Source of the DNA: Gekko japonicus
Lineage: Eukaryota
Assembly: GCF_001447785.1 (NCBI RefSeq)
Contig: NW_015165240.1
Location: forward strand, 997,049 to 1,061,048
DNA length: 64,000 bases
Direction of reading: 5' to 3'
The position numbers and the translations under genes are program-made. Of this stretch, positions 12,906-23,679 are shown one piece after another. The notes below the pieces were generated by a model that was not told the DNA's origin, did not search any database, and saw nothing but the letters and a program-made list of their open reading frames with translations. The first letter of the stretch is position 1, and each line of letters starts with the position of its first letter.

Positions 12906-13551
12906 GTGCTTCGAGCAGCAGCCACCACCACCACCTTCCCAAGTGAAGCCTCCCCAAGAGCACCTCTCCTGGCCACCCCTTGGTCCCTGGCTCTCCCCAT
13001 GATACCGCTCCGTACTGCTGGCACCATTTCCACGGGGCCCTCGGTTAAAAGATAAAGCCTAGAAACATACATTTTTTTAAACAAATACTTAGGGAATCAT
13101 CTTACTCCAAACTGTTCCCCAAGCAGAACAGAAAAGCATCTAACGTTTATAATTTACTAGGAATAAGGCCTGTTGTGGAAATAAATACAACGAGCTCTAG
13201 AACGAAAGGTTTCTTTCACTTACCATGAAGCTTCCATTCTAGGTGGTTCAGGAATGGGACAGTCCTCACATCTGGGATAAGCTCCTCCCTCCTCTGCAGG
13301 GTCAGCTCCAAGCTTTGATCCAGGCGGGGAGGGACTTATCCTCTGGAGCCTTCCCCAGTCATTCTCGAGCCCCATACTCCCACCAAGAAGGCACTAGAAG
13401 GAAAAACTTCTCCCAGGACCTCGGAGAGGCTAAGAACTGGTTAAACTGAATCCAGAAACATCAATTAAAGCCCCCTTTCTTCATACTCTGCAACCAGGAA
13501 TGCTTCAGGAACTCCTCTGTAAACTGGAAGCGAGCCAAAAAATGGGTGGGC

Positions 13552-13659
13552 AGGACTGTCTTACTCCCGAACCACCGAGAAAGGAAGCTTCACGATAAGT
13601 GAAAGAAACCTTCCGTTCTCCAGTGGTTCAGATCATGGGACAGTCCTCACGTCTGGGAT
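13552..13659. repeat. DIRS internal complementary region (ICR)
   Basis: First half is the reverse complement of 13203-13266, second half the reverse complement of 20169-20211, joined at TTC 13616-13618. Confidence 0.9.
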
Positions 13660-13701
13660 GTAGAAGAGCAATGTGCCCCAAGGGAGGGAGTTGATTCCCG
13701 G

Positions 13702-14760
13702 TTACAGAGTGTGTTGAAGCACCCTACAGCCAAAGGCCGCCTCTGCCGAAGCTGTCTTATCCACTCTAGAGTGTTTAGTAAAAGAGTGAACAGACTTCCA
13801 AGTGGCCACCCTACAGATTCTCTCCAGAGTAGGGAATGACCGGTAGGACACCAATGTCACTGCACACCTAAAGGAGTGAGCCACAATCCCATCCGGAGGT
13901 TCTACCCCTTTGGCCTTGTAGGCCAAAATAATACAGTCCTTAATCCATCTACTAAGAGTAGCAGAAGACACCTGCTCCCCCCTGCTGGACTTCCTAAAGG
14001 ACACAAAAAGTGCCTCAGATTTCCTGTACTCCTTGGTGTTATCGATATAGTAGCTCAAGGCTCTCCTTACATCGAGGCAATGCCACTCCCTCTCTCTCAT
14101 GTTTGGAGTTAGGACAAAAGGACGGCAAGACAACCTCCTCTGCCCTATGAAAAACTGAATTTACCTTTGGAATAAAGGCTGGGTCTAAACAAAGGACCAC
14201 CTTATCCCTATGAAAAATGCACAACTCTCTATTGACAGACAGGGCCCTCAGCTCTGACACTCTACGTACTGAAGTAATCCCTACAAAAACAGGGTCTTGA
14301 AGGTCAGCTCTTTGATTGGGACCATTGGTTCAAATGGTAGATAGCAAAGAGCCCTTAATACCAGATTCAAGTTCCAGGTAGGGAATCTATGTACTTGTGG
14401 AGGATTCAATAACAAGGCCCCTTTCAAGAACCTTTTAACATGGACATGGTGAAGGAGTGACTTCCCGTGTCTAAACCCTTGAACAGCCAAAATGGCTGAT
14501 ACTTGTCCCTCAGCGTACTAGTGCTGAGCCCTTTATCTAATCCATTCTGCAGGAACTGGAGAACTAACCTGACTGAGGCCTTAAGGGGTTCTATTCCCTG
14601 ACCGGCACACCAAGAGTGGAAAACCTTGGTATTGTTATAAGATCTATTAGTGGAAGATTTCCTGGACACTAGCATAGTAGACACTAACTTCTCGGGGTAG
14701 CCCTCCCCTATCAACATTTCCCGCTCAATCTCCACGCTGTGAGTTTGAGCATATCTGGGC
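13702..14760 (-). pseudogene. DIRS tyrosine recombinase (frameshifted)
   Basis: RRVSELRAL, LDVRRALSYY, SATLSRWIKDCI, AHSFR and ATWKSVHSFTKHSR (the expected catalytic Tyr of FTKHY reads Ser). Confidence 0.9.
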
Positions 14761-14985
14761 GCGGGTGCTACGTCATCCTCTGAGTCAGCAAGTCTTCCTT
14801 CACTGGAAGATGCCATGGGTCTTCTATCGATAGACTCTGGAGGTCTTTAAACCATGCTCTCCGCCACCAGAATGGGGCCATCATTACCCCCTCTGCCGTC
14901 TGTTGCCGAATCTTTTGGATGACTCTATGTAGAATTTGTATAGGTGGAAAGGTGTAGAGAAGGCCTGGAGGCCAGTTGCAGTTTA

Positions 14986-15770
14986 TTTATTTATTTATTT
15001 TATTTATTTATTTATCAAATTTATAGCTCGCCCTCCCCCGTAGGGCTCAGGGCGGCTTACAAAGGCAACATAACCTTGCTACAATAAAACTGAAAAGTAT
15101 GCAGACGGAGAGTGATTTCAGCTAAGCATACCTTTATTTAGTTCAGGACAAAGACGAAGGGACCAGCTCGCAGGCTGGTTATATAGGTTCAGAAAACCCG
15201 CCACCAAGTACACCTAAACACACCCCCTACTTCCGATAGGCTATTTACAGTAACCGGGCGACCATTGGTCTCCCGGCTGAGAAGCTGGCCCTTTCATTGG
15301 GCCGGCTAGGATCCTACGGACCCATTGTCTTTGGACATGAAGCTATTGAAGAATTGTGCCTGGCCAGCCCGGGCAAGTCCGGGCATGTCAGGCTGAATAC
15401 ATAACAAAAACATCATATACTTATAGTTTAAAAACATACTATACATATTAAAATCCCAGTCCTAATTCAGATAAAGTGCTCAGTATTCTTCAAGGACTTC
15501 AAAATCTGAAGATGACGGAACAATTCCAAAAGGTTCCTGGTAGACGGTCTAGGCTTCAGTGTTCGGGTGTTTTTTCTCAGGGCCTCTTCCAGCCCACCAT
15601 GGTGGTGATATAGTGGGGGGCGGCGGCCCCTACTCAAAAGCCTGGTGGAAGAGCTCCATCTTGCAGGCTCTGCGGGACTGCATAAGATCCTGCAGGGCCC
15701 GGATCTCCCCCGGGAGCTCATTCCACCAGGTAGGAGTCGCCACCGAAAAAGCCCTGGCCCTACTGGCTGC
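14986..15770 (-). mobile_element. 5'-truncated L2 LINE inserted into the DIRS
   Basis: RARAFSVATPTWWNELPGEIR...KMELFHQAF C-terminus, (TAAA)n tail, TSD cagttta at 14979-14985 and 15771-15777. Confidence 0.85.
15091..15406 (-). mobile_element. Solo LTR (316 bp) nested in the L2 3' UTR
   Basis: TG...CA ends, 5-bp TSD aaaac (15086-15090, 15407-15411), minus-strand TATA (~15180) and AATAAA (~15135). Confidence 0.8.
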
Positions 15771-15960
15771 CAGTTTAAGGCATCGGTTCCAGTGGCCTGG
15801 GTGTGTCTTGTCCTGGAGAAAAACTCTGGAACTTCCCAAGTGGCCTCTATCGCAAACAAGTCTATCTTTATTTCCACAAATCTGCCACATATCTGGTTGA
15901 AGATTTCCCTGTTCAGTGACCACTCTGACTGGTCCATCCTTCTTCTGCTGAGCCAGTCCG

Positions 15961-17400
15961 CCAGACCATTGTCTTTGCCTGCTACGTGTATCGCTTTCAG
16001 GGACAACAGATGGCTTTCTGCCCAATCCATCAGTTTGGACACCTCACAATGTAGAGATCTTACTCGGGTCCCTCCTTGCCGGTTCACATACGCCTTTGCG
16101 GTCATGTTGTCCATCTGGACAAGGACGTGCTGGCTGGACAGGTGCTTGCTGAGGTTCAGAAGGTCCAAGTGAATTGCCCTGAGCTCCAGGAAGTTTATAC
16201 TCTTGCGGGCCTCTTCTTTCGACCACTCCCCTTGTGTCATCAGACCTCTCAAGTGCACTCCTCAACCCGACAAACTGGCATCCGTTTTCATAATCGCTCT
16301 TGGAGGATCCCAAAGAGATGACCCATGCTTGAAACGGTTCTGTGCGATCCACCATGATCATTTCTGTCGAGTCTCTGTGGGGAGTAGCAGCAGCTTGTAT
16401 CTCTTGTGAGCAATTGCCTCCTGATGGGGAAGTAGGAAGTTCTGCAGGGGTCTGGCATGGAACCTGGCCCACTGTACTATCTCTTGGCAAGATACCAGCA
16501 TCCCCAGGAGTTTGGCTAGTGTCATTAACTCTGACCTCGGAATCCTCAACACTTCTGTCAAAAGGGACCGGATCTTTGATTCCCTGTCCTGGGACAGGAA
16601 AACCCGATCCTGAACTGTGTCTATCTCTACCCCTAAGTGCAGCGGCCTCTCAGATGGTTGGAGTCGGAGATGACTTTTTTCTAAGTTGACCATGAAACCA
16701 TGGTCCCTCAGGGTAGCTACTGTTAGCTGAGAGGTCCTCACGCTCTCCTGAAATAATGGAGCTGAGATTAAAATGTCATCCAGATATGGGAATAGGTGCA
16801 CACCTTTCAGCCTGAGGTGCACTACCAGGGTTACTAACACCTTTGTGAATACCCTCGGCGAGGACTTCAGCCCAAACAGGAGAGCCTGGTATTGGAAGTG
16901 CTGGTTGGCATAAGCAAAACGCAGGAACTTTTAGTAGGAGCCATGGATTAGAACACGCAGGTATGCTTCCGCCAGATCAACTGTCAGAAAATCTCCTCCC
17001 TGCAACACTGTCAGTATGGATTTGAGGGTTTCCATCCTGAACCTCCTGTCCTGTATGTGCCTGTTGAGCCACCTGAGATCTAAAATGGCTCGGATGTCCC
17101 CCTTTTTCTTGGGGACTGTAAAGAAAATTGAGTAAACGCCCTGCCCCCGCTGGGAGGGTGTAACACTCTCTATGGCTCTGATTTCTTGGAGATGTCGTAT
17201 GGCTTCCTTGGTTTGAAGATGTTTCAGATGGGTATGGTTCCTTGAAATCTGAACAACATGCTGTTGGGGAAAGGTGGAGAACTCCAGCTTGTATCCGTGT
17301 GTGACTGTCCGTAAGACCCACTGGTCTGTCATGGAGTGGATCCAGCAATCTGTGAAGTAGAGAAGTCTTCCCCCTATCCCCAACAGGTTCTCTTGCCATG
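15961..17400 (-). pseudogene. DIRS reverse transcriptase / RNase H (frameshifted)
   Basis: GGRLLYF..W, VPKKKGDIRAILDLRWLN, FPYLDDIL, SINFLELRAI, VQMDNMTAKAYVNRQGGT, NGLADWLSR. Confidence 0.95.
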
Positions 17401-17405
17401 TACAG

Positions 17406-19165
17406 TCATGCTGAGGCTCCCTTTTTTGGATTCTTGGTGGCAGATTGCTCTCCTTTGGATGTGGCAAAGGATTTGCTGCCATGTTGCCTAGACTGACATT
17501 TTCCTTTGAATGGTCTTGTGTAAGAGGGTTTCTGTCCCCTCTTCTGGTCTTGAAAGGGCTGAAAGCACTTTCTGGTTCTAGCATCTCTCTTCTTAGAGGG
17601 AAGGACCTTCTTCTTGTCCTTTTCTTCACTAAGATACCTGTCAAGCCCCTCTCCAAAGAGGTTCACTCCTTTAAATGGAACCGCCGCCAACTTTCCTTGC
17701 ACCAAGGAGTCCACGTCCCAGCGGCGGAGCCAATTGTTCCTCCATGCCGTTACACTGCACGCCAACGCCCTGGCAGAAAGTTGAAGCACATCCAGGGTGG
17801 CATCTACCGCAAAGGCCACCACGAGGGCGATCTTTCTTAGTTCATCCTTGAATTCTTTCGGAGCATCGCTGTCAGCTGAGGCCAGGTTTTGTGCCCAATC
17901 GTATGCTGCCCTAGCGAACAGTGATCCTGCCGTGGAGGCCTTAATTGAGGACGATGAGGCTTCAATGTTCTTACAAAGGGCTTGTTCAATCCTTCTGTTT
18001 GTGTGGTCCTTAGGCATTCCATCTGCATCCATGGGAAGCACTGAGTTGGAGGACAGGTTGGTAACAGGGTCATCCACCACTGGCAGCTTCAGTTTCCTGG
18101 TGGCCTCTGGCATCAGGGAATAAAACTTAGAGAAAAGATTATGGTTAGCCTTAGGTTTAGCCAGGAATTCCCACTCTGCCTTCATTATGTTGTAATAGGA
18201 CACTGGGAATGGCAACCCTGGTTGTGAGACCAAAAGCTTAGGTATCAGTTTGCCCGTACCTCTTTATTTATTTATTATTTATTTATTTATTGTTTCAACT
18301 TACTACCCCGCTCTAATCCCCGAAGGGATCTTTGAGCGGCTACAGTTACACATTATCCCTAACCTATGGCCACACTTTTTTCAGGGGTGGGGACAATCCC
18401 TACCGGCACCCAGTGGAGGGATTTTTTCTCTCTTGGGTCATCTGCGTCGGCTTCGGCGTCTCTCAGTTTCTCAGCGTCTCTCGGCCTCTGGCTTTCTTCC
18501 TGATGGTCTTTCCAGCGTCGGATCGGCTGTGCCCTTCTATCGCTCAGCGTGCTCCGGTGCGGCATTGGCTCTGTCCTTGCAGCTTTAGAACTCTGACTCC
18601 TATTCTGTTTCCTCCTTGGGCTTAGACGTGAGGTCTAGGGTCCTCAAGACCTTCGACAGGAGACGAGAGTAAAGCTCTTGTGGGAAGAGTCTGGACTGAA
18701 CCAAAGGCATCACTTCCTCCTCTTCCTCAGAAAGTTCTTCTTCCTCTTTTTCTGATGAAGATATGGTGGACTCAGACACTGGTTCACTATCCCCTAGCAA
18801 GGGGCTGTGTCCTCTGAAGACAGATTAATGCTTTTTTTGCTTAGGCCTAGAAGGAAATCTGGAGGTGCTAGAAGAATCATCCTCCTGGCTAGGTCTGGCC
18901 CACTTGGTAGCCCACTTGGTAGCCCTCTTTCTATAGGGGCTTGTGTAACTGAACCTTGAAGGGTTTCTCTGATCATGTCCTTAAACTCCTTTCTCATTTT
19001 GCCTCTAAACCAGTTCAGAAGCTGAGCTTTGTCTGCTTCCCTGTTTTCCTGGTTCAGTGGCTCCAAGCAGTCCTGTGAAGCCAGGGAGACTGAAATTTTG
19101 GGTAGGCTTAGATCCCCAAAGGAGCTTTCTTTCTCTTGGGAACAGCCTGGCTTAGCCTTATCAGA

Positions 19166-19233
<68 letters not shown>

Positions 19234-19234
19234 C
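17406..19234 (-). pseudogene. DIRS gag/ORF1 (LAP2alpha-like region), broken
   Basis: LPVVDDPV...PKDHTNRRIEQAL...ARALACSVTAWRNNWLRRW...PFKGVNLFGEGLD is typical of vertebrate DIRS ORF1; it lies upstream of RT. Confidence 0.85.
19168..19229. repeat. (CT)n/(GA)n microsatellite
   Basis: About 30 perfect dinucleotide units. Confidence 0.95.
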
Positions 19235-21593
19235 CTGTAGGGGAAGAGTGAAAACAAAACTAACTTCAGAAAAGTTGGAAAGAGAGGTGCCTGTGAAGGA
19301 GCCTAGCCCCTTTCTCTCTTCAGACTGGCTGCTTGGGCCGAAACCCCCTCCAAGGGACCCTGTCTGTCTGCCCAACTGAGCTGACTGCACTGGTTCTTAT
19401 CAGGCAAGTTGCTACTAATGGCCCTCTCCATGGGGACCACACGAGGAAAGGATCCAACATGGCCACCACCATTTTCCCGCCTCTGAATTTGTGCCTTTCC
19501 CCCCCCTTGGAGGCCATAATTCCTGCCTCCCAGGAACTCCCCCCCTATTTTCTCTCTCTACCCAGGAAGGGAGTCCTGGAAGACTGGCTCCTGGCAGCTA
19601 TCACCCCCCCCCCCAGGCTTTTCCCCATTCTGGGGGAAAGTAAAACAATAGTCTCCTGCATCACCTCCCTGTGTTCCCTTCCCAAAGCAGGCATCTACTT
19701 GGGAATAAGGATGCCTGTGGGTGGCCCAGGACCTTACCATGTTTCAGCCGGTTGGTAGAAAACTTTTCCTGTTGCGGTGCTGCCTCGCACGCTTCTGCGG
19801 CCTGATGGGGGGGGTCGGCTTTTCAGCCTCTCAATAGGCTGCTCCGCACTCCCGTGCCACTGCAGGAGCAGGCCCTCCACCCTCAGGCAAGTAAGGCTGG
19901 CAGAGGTCCAAGAGGGGCCAGCTGAGCTGCAAGACATCCAGGGACTACCTGGCACCAATGAGCTCCTGTGTGCGCCCCTTCTCTCTCTCTTCTCTTCTTT
20001 TCTTCTATAACTTCCTTCTTTCTTCTACTGGCTGTGCTCTGCAGCGCTGCCTGAGCACATCCTGCTACAAGGCAGGGTCGGCAAGAACTGGGGAAGGCTC
20101 CAGAGGATAAGCCCCTCCCTGCCTGGATCAAAGCTTGGAGCCAACCCTGTAGAGGAGGGAGGAGCTTATCCCAGATGTGAGGACTGTCCCACGATCTGAA
20201 GCACTGGAGAAAGAGGCTCTGGGCAGGTGCCCCGGCCTTGGGCACTCAGTATCAATTTGCTGTGGTGACCTCAGCAGGGTCCACCATTTTCTCCAGAGGA
20301 ATTGATCTCTGCTACCTAAACAACAGTAATTTTGAGTGATCTCCAGCCCTCACCTGGAGATTGGCAACGATGGTTCCCCAGAAGGGAATGGCTGGTTTGG
20401 AGGGTGGAGTCTATGGCTTTGTACCTATCCAAGGTCCCATGCTTCCTGAAACCTCAAACTCTCCAGGCTCCATCCCTCAAATCTCCAGGAATTCCTCACC
20501 TGGAGTTGGCAACCCTATCTACTTACCAGCCAATCATCAACCTACCTTTATTTTCCCCTCACTCTTCAGCTTTCCACCCCACACACATCTGAAGCCTCTC
20601 CCATGCTCTGAAGCCCTGACTGCTATGTCACATTGGCTGTCATATGGGGACCATCTCAGCAGGAGGATATAAGGACACAGAGTTCACAATTTTCTCCAGG
20701 GGAACTTATCTGTGCCATCTGGAAAGCAATTGTAATTCTGAGTGATTTCCAGCCCTCACCTGGAGATTGGCAACAATGGTTTCCCCAACAGGTACTAAGG
20801 GGAAATGTATTTTACCTCAGAATACATTTTACCTCAGAACAGCAACAGCAAACTGTTTAGAATGTTAAAGGCAAAGGCCAATCAAGTCGCACATGCAAAC
20901 GACCTCTGTGTTCGAAAGCAAAGGCCAATGAGGCCGCATATGCAAATAACCTCTGTGTTCTGACTGGCTATGGGGGTGAGAGGAACAGCAAACTGTTTAG
21001 AATGTTGGAGGCGAGACTCAACCAATGCAGCCAGTGGATAGGGACAGATTCTGCGTGACACACTAGGGCGCCAACAAATTCAGGAATGTGCGGAAAGTTC
21101 TGGAGAGTGCCACCACCAAAAGGCTTTTATATATAAGGAGAGATTATTTGTTCGCTGTTCAGGGGGACACCTGTAAAAACAAGGGAGCATGGCGAGTCCA
21201 GGTGGGGGCGGTAATTCAGCCGTGTGCATATGTGCAAAGCAATTTTTTTAAAAAAACATCGTGCTACTATCTAGACGGTGCCCAGAGTCTTGTCGCACAA
21301 TGCTTGTGGTTTGGGGAGGGATGTGTGATCATCTCAACCCGAAAAAAATATTCCCAATAGCAGGAACAAATAGCAATTAGCTTGCTGTGTGACCACAGCC
21401 TGAATTTTAATGGACCTACCATTTGTATAATGTCCAAGTGTTTAAAGCACTTCACATACATTACTTTGTTGTAATCTTCACAACAACCCTGCCAGCTGAT
21501 GTTATTATTCCTGTATTGGAGATGGAGGTAGATGTAGAGAAAGAGTAGGTTGCCTATGGCCACTTGGTGAGTTCGTGGCAGGGATGAGATTTG

Positions 21594-22169
21594 TTGGGAC
21601 AAAAGGGGGGGGGGACTGAACATAGAAACCTAGGATCCAGAACCTGAAAAGGTTAGTCAAATAGAAAAGAGGGCCAACAATAAAAGCTTAATGTAAACCT
21701 AAGGACAATTCTACTGAGGACACTTTGGCAAAACAATCATAGGAAGGCACTTTCTGGACCAGAAATTATTACCAGTGAAACACTACTTGGCATGTGATTG
21801 CATCTTTGGAGGCCTCATTTGTACTTTTATTCTGTGCCTAGTGGTTTCATTTTGGAACAATTTTCATCTGGTCCTTCTTGTATTTATATTTTATATCTGT
21901 ATGATTGCACTGTACTATTATATAAACCAATATGTTCCTCACTGTGTTTGACCTCTGAAGAAGGCCTATGCAGGCCGAAACGCATCAGGTCAAGTCCATT
22001 AGCCCTTGTGTGTTAGATTCTGGTATTTTTACATGAGGTGTGATTGGGTCCTTATATATTTTTAAATTCTTTGTTAATAAATACATGTATTTTTATATAC
22101 TATAGATATATTAAGCTTTTGTTGTTGGCCCTCTTTTCTATTTGACTAACCTTTTCAGGTTCTGGATCC
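21594..22169 (+). mobile_element. Penelope-like element terminal repeat with an inverted partial copy
   Basis: 15-bp direct repeat cagggatgagatttg (21579-21593, 22170-22184); ~60-bp inverted repeat (21633-21692 vs 22110-22168); internal hammerhead motif. Confidence 0.75.
21948..21993 (+). ncRNA. Minimal type I hammerhead ribozyme motif
   Basis: Stem I ttgacct/aggtcaa, core CUGAAGA (21955-21961), stem II ggcct-atgc-aggcc, then GAAA-CGC-AUC. Confidence 0.75.
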
Positions 22170-23184
22170 CAGGGATGAGATTTGCACCAGGATTTCCCAA
22201 GTCTTACCTTAGTTACTATGGAATACTGTAGAATTATTAGACATTATACTTATTCTGTGGCAAAAGGCACAGTCACAGGCATTCACATTTCAAGATGTGC
22301 ACTTATATCCAAGCGGTATTACCAGAACATTCAGAGGAAAATGACACAAAATTAAGAGTTTATCTCTATGTTACAAAACACACAAGTCACGCCTGGAGTC
22401 CCCTGAAACAACACACTACACGTGCATAGCAGAACTCTCCTTCACAAAGTGTTCCACCACTTGGTGCAGCTCCAAGTGCTGTGCAGTGGGAGGCAGGGCT
22501 TCAGGATTCCCTTCCTCATCTTGTTTACAAATGGAAAGAGCCAGAGGGGGATCAGGTGATCAAGAACACAAGGAGCTTGAGAAAGGGCAAACAGAAAGGA
22601 ACCATGAAGCCCCTCCTTTCTCCTTGCAGCACTCAGAGCTGTACTGAGCAACAGAGCACTTTTTTCCTCCCCATTCCTCTACTGGTTGGTCATAAGAAAT
22701 AAAGTAGTTGTAAGGTCACTTTCTTTGACAGGCACACTAGTGGATTTAGGAAAAGCTTAACTCTGTACCATATTTACTGACAGTCTGAAAAATAGCTTTT
22801 TGTTTTGGGCTTTATTTTTCTAAATATTACAGTAATAATGACACAGAACATCTAAAATTAGTGACCCTATCCACAGGCCTTAAGCCAAATTACATAGTAT
22901 TTTTATACAGCACTGTAATTCAGTTTCTAGCACTGTCAGTGAAAAATGAAGAATCATAAGCAAGGTTACTTTTTAAGTTCCTGGTTCTCCAGAGTTGCTA
23001 TTAATATGATTAGCTTTAAACACAGGTCTCCCACCAGCCAAACAGCAGGCAAGAAAAAACATCAATTGTGCTGTGCTTGTTCTCAGAAATATGAGCAGGT
23101 TCGTGCCTGAAAAAGATAAAACCTCAACGTTGAGTTTACTTGATTTCAGACAGAAAATGCATTAAAATCTCATTTTCGGTTATT

Positions 23185-23582
23185 CAGGGCTCTTTTTGTA
23201 GAAAAAGTTCAGCAAAAAAATCATCATGATCTCATTAGCATAATAGGCCACACCCAACAGCAGGAACCTATTAGCATATTGGGCCACACCCTTGACAGCA
23301 CAGCTCATTAGCACATTAGGCCACACCCCCTTGTTACCAGAAGTGTGGTTATCCAGCTACACCCACCTTTTGCTTGTTATTCTGTTTACCTTGTTTGTTG
23401 TCAAAACCTAGGGCTTTTTTTGTAGCAGGAACTCCTTTGCATGTTAGGCCACACACCCCTAATGTAACCAATCCTAATGAGTTTTTGCTGTTGGGTGTGG
23501 CCTATTATGCTAATGTGTTCCTGCTGGGCGTGGCCAATTTGGGAGCCAGCCGGAATTCCGTTCCTGCCCAAAAATAGCCCTG
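23185..23582. mobile_element. Composite hAT-like MITE
   Basis: TIR cagggctcttttt / aaaaatagccctg; repeated ggccacaccc motifs in both orientations; no clear TSD. Confidence 0.55.
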
Positions 23583-23679
23583 AGTAAAATTAAATCATTA
23601 TTGTCCAGGATTCAAATGAGTTCAATAAATAACTCAGTGTCTTTTCACATGAAGATTTTCCTGCAGTTTGGGTGCTGAC

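Larger units (their letters stand above)
14800..15960 (-). pseudogene. DIRS N6-adenine methyltransferase-like domain, interrupted by an L2 insertion
   Basis: IDLFA...FFSR...GTDALN before the insert. Removing 14986-15770 plus one TSD restores DALNCNWPPGLLYTFPP...APFWWRRAWF. Confidence 0.8.
13203..20211 (-). mobile_element. DIRS1-type tyrosine-recombinase retrotransposon, full length, decayed
   Basis: ITRs 13255-13359 / 20087-20191; ICR 13552-13659 complementary to both termini; gag, RT, RNase H, MT and YR remnants in the canonical order. Confidence 0.95.
13157..21143 (-). mobile_element. Non-autonomous Helitron (~1 kb own sequence) split by the DIRS insertion
   Basis: Minus-strand 5' A|TCTCTCCTTATATATAAAAG at 21143. 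3' imperfect hairpin (gcctgttgt 13168-13176 / acaacgagc 13187-13195), then CTAG|T at 13157. A|T target with no TSD. Homologous copy at 25383. Confidence 0.75.
21440..22220 (-). mobile_element. Old MIR-like SINE split by a Penelope-like insert
   Basis: aagcacttcacatac...cttcacaacaaccctg...gggatgagatttg MIR-core-like sequence continues after 22184. Confidence 0.5.

Noticed and set aside
15467-16258. 263-aa ORF as a novel RNase H fusion protein
   Set aside because: The C-terminal part is just read-through from DIRS RH/MT into the inserted L2 fragment.
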